From positions 1 through 64,000 of the forward strand of contig JAYWIR010000002.1 of assembly GCA_036172245.1 (NCBI GenBank): a stretch of 64,000 bases of DNA. The letters are read 5' to 3'. Shown piece by piece: positions 62,247 through 64,000 of the stretch (the first letter of the stretch is position 1; each line of letters opens with the position of its first letter). A program made the position numbers and the translations under genes. The notes beneath the pieces are model-generated. The model had not been told where the DNA came from, ran no database searches, and saw only the letters and a list, made by a program, of their open reading frames with translations. Origin of the DNA: Raillietiella orientalis. Lineage: Eukaryota.

Positions 62247-62815
62247 GGCGACCATGTGGTTACAGAGGTCTCGGCGCGTCACACAGATTGTTGTGGGTTC
62301 GAATCCCGCTCGGGGAAGGATCGATGCCGAGAAATGGGTGCGTTGTGGGTTTCGAGTCCCCCCCGCGAGATGACGCTGTTTGTCCTGTGTAGGTTTCGGG
62401 TGCAGCACTAGTGCAAGCCGGAAACGGAATGCCTTCATTGACTGGCCGGGATTGAAAGTTGAACCTCAGAGGGTCCACTCCCAGGAATCAAGGAGCCTGT
62501 TCCTTTCGGGGCTCCTCTCCGGTGGTGAAAATGGAGCCGTCTCCCGCCCCGGGGAGGAGGGAACCCTCCACTGTAGGTGGAGCTGGTTGATGCCTCTCCA
62601 GTGTCAAGTAGCACCCTTCAGATAGATTTGGAAGCGTCCCTTTGGGGCTCTCTCCAGAGAAGTAACAAGGAGTGGTTCCCTTACGGGTTTCCTCTGGAGA
62701 GGAAACGATGGATGCTGGTCCCTCCTGAGAGGTCCCTTCGGGGTACACCCTCAGGCACTCTTGGGGGTGGCGTGAACAGCGCTAAAGAGCTTCATGAGTC
62801 AAAAAACCAAGCGCA
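62247..62815 (+). mobile_element. tRNA-derived SINE, copy 4 (internal deletion)
   Basis: Head GGCGACCATGTGGTTACAGAGG; perfect B-box GGTTCGAATCCC (62296-62307); GGAGCTGGTTGATGCCTCTCCAG matches copies 2 and 3. Confidence 0.82.
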
Positions 62816-64000
62816 AAACCGAGAATTCTATTAGAGAATTAGCCCCCTTTTCATTGCAAATCCTAAACGGCTGATTTTTAGAGATGGAAATCGTTCCGTA
62901 CTCAAGAACGACGGCCAGGGATATCTGGGCGGATGCGAGCAGATCGGATGTCCGAGACAGAGCCAACGACACCGAGAACGAATTCGTGTTCGCGGTTTTT
63001 CTCAGCTGCGATTGAAAGTAACAAATTGCAGCTTCTCCCGGTTTACAAGACGTGAAGCTTCCTGCAACCTAAGGGATCGAGAAAGAGCTCTTGGCATTTG
63101 AAAGCGTAATGAGATCTGGGATCGAAAATTCGCGAAGGATAAACAATTTAGGGCTTCATGTTGTCTACGCGTCACTTGACGGAAATGTTGCTACGAAGCC
63201 ACTCCTTGTGGACAAGATGAAGACCTCAAAATCAATTTGCAACCAAGAGGATTTAGCGACGCTCGAGTACCAACGAAGGTATGCTCGTTCGTGAGGCTCT
63301 AGGGACTTCTTTCCGAAAGTGCAGATACAAAGCAGAAGGAATATGTGGACACGGCAAGTCACATTGGGGGATTTGTAAACCGTGAATATGTGAAACAACA
63401 AAAGAAAGAATATGTGAAATGTGGCCATGGGATTTTAAACCGCTTGGATGAAAGAAAAAAAAAAAAGGTGATCAGCGGTGGTGATACCACGGTATTCGAG
63501 TCAGGATATCCGTTCTACGAGGGAGTTTCAGGACAGAGTTCCGAGTCAAAATCAGGATTGCCAAGTCCATAAATGTTTACAGTGATCAAATTTTAGAAAT
63601 TGCACGAGGTCAACCAACTCCTGTGGAAAAAAAGGTCACAGGGGACCGCTCGGACGGTAAGCGAAGCTCAAGTTGTGAAAGAAACGCCCATCGGCCATGC
63701 GGTGAGCTCCGTGCACGGTGGGTTTCCGTGGTGCTTGCGAAGGAACATGAAACTGTGCGGCGTTGACATCACTTTGAATAATTGACGGCTACCGTTCGGG
63801 ACGGACTCGGGAATTTCGTGACTGAAATCGAGCACTCTGCGTCCTCGCATTACTGAAAGGCCTGCAAGTTTACCAAAATTATCGTGCTAAGCAGAGTCAT
63901 TAAGAGAGTGAGTGACTCTATCCTTCTGTACATACATAAGCCCTTGCAAAAAAACAAGTAAATATTTATATGTTGGAAGCATGCTTCAGTGACAAATGAG

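Overview
Eukaryotic (metazoan, probably arthropod/ecdysozoan) nuclear DNA; the host cannot be named from the sequence. Four spliced genes can be reconstructed with phase-consistent GT-AG introns: a two-pore K+ channel (+, 15542-32671), a PPM1E/F-like PP2C phosphatase with a long tail containing 19 PELPVTPK-type repeats (-, 40182-49079), an SH2B/Lnk adaptor (+, 52391-54110) and a SEPT2-group septin (-, 54118-55500+). The SH2B and septin stop codons are only 7 bp apart. About 1-25 kb is GC/CpG-rich DNA made of decayed LINEs, a tRNA-derived SINE family and a rearranged repeat cluster; the 40-54 kb gene block is AT-rich and CpG-poor. The main discovery is a 1.7-kb bacterial, Wolbachia-like insertion (37326-39025). 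It is flanked by a 14-bp direct repeat, has a palindromic repair scar on its left side, and is a mosaic of purK, IS630, IS5 and IS110 pieces. The IS110 piece keeps its non-coding left end, which folds as an IS621-type bridge RNA: its left target guide CTTTTGCCT matches 9/9 the DNA directly flanking the element, so its target and donor sites can be predicted. All foldings, alignments and family calls were made by eye without database searches.
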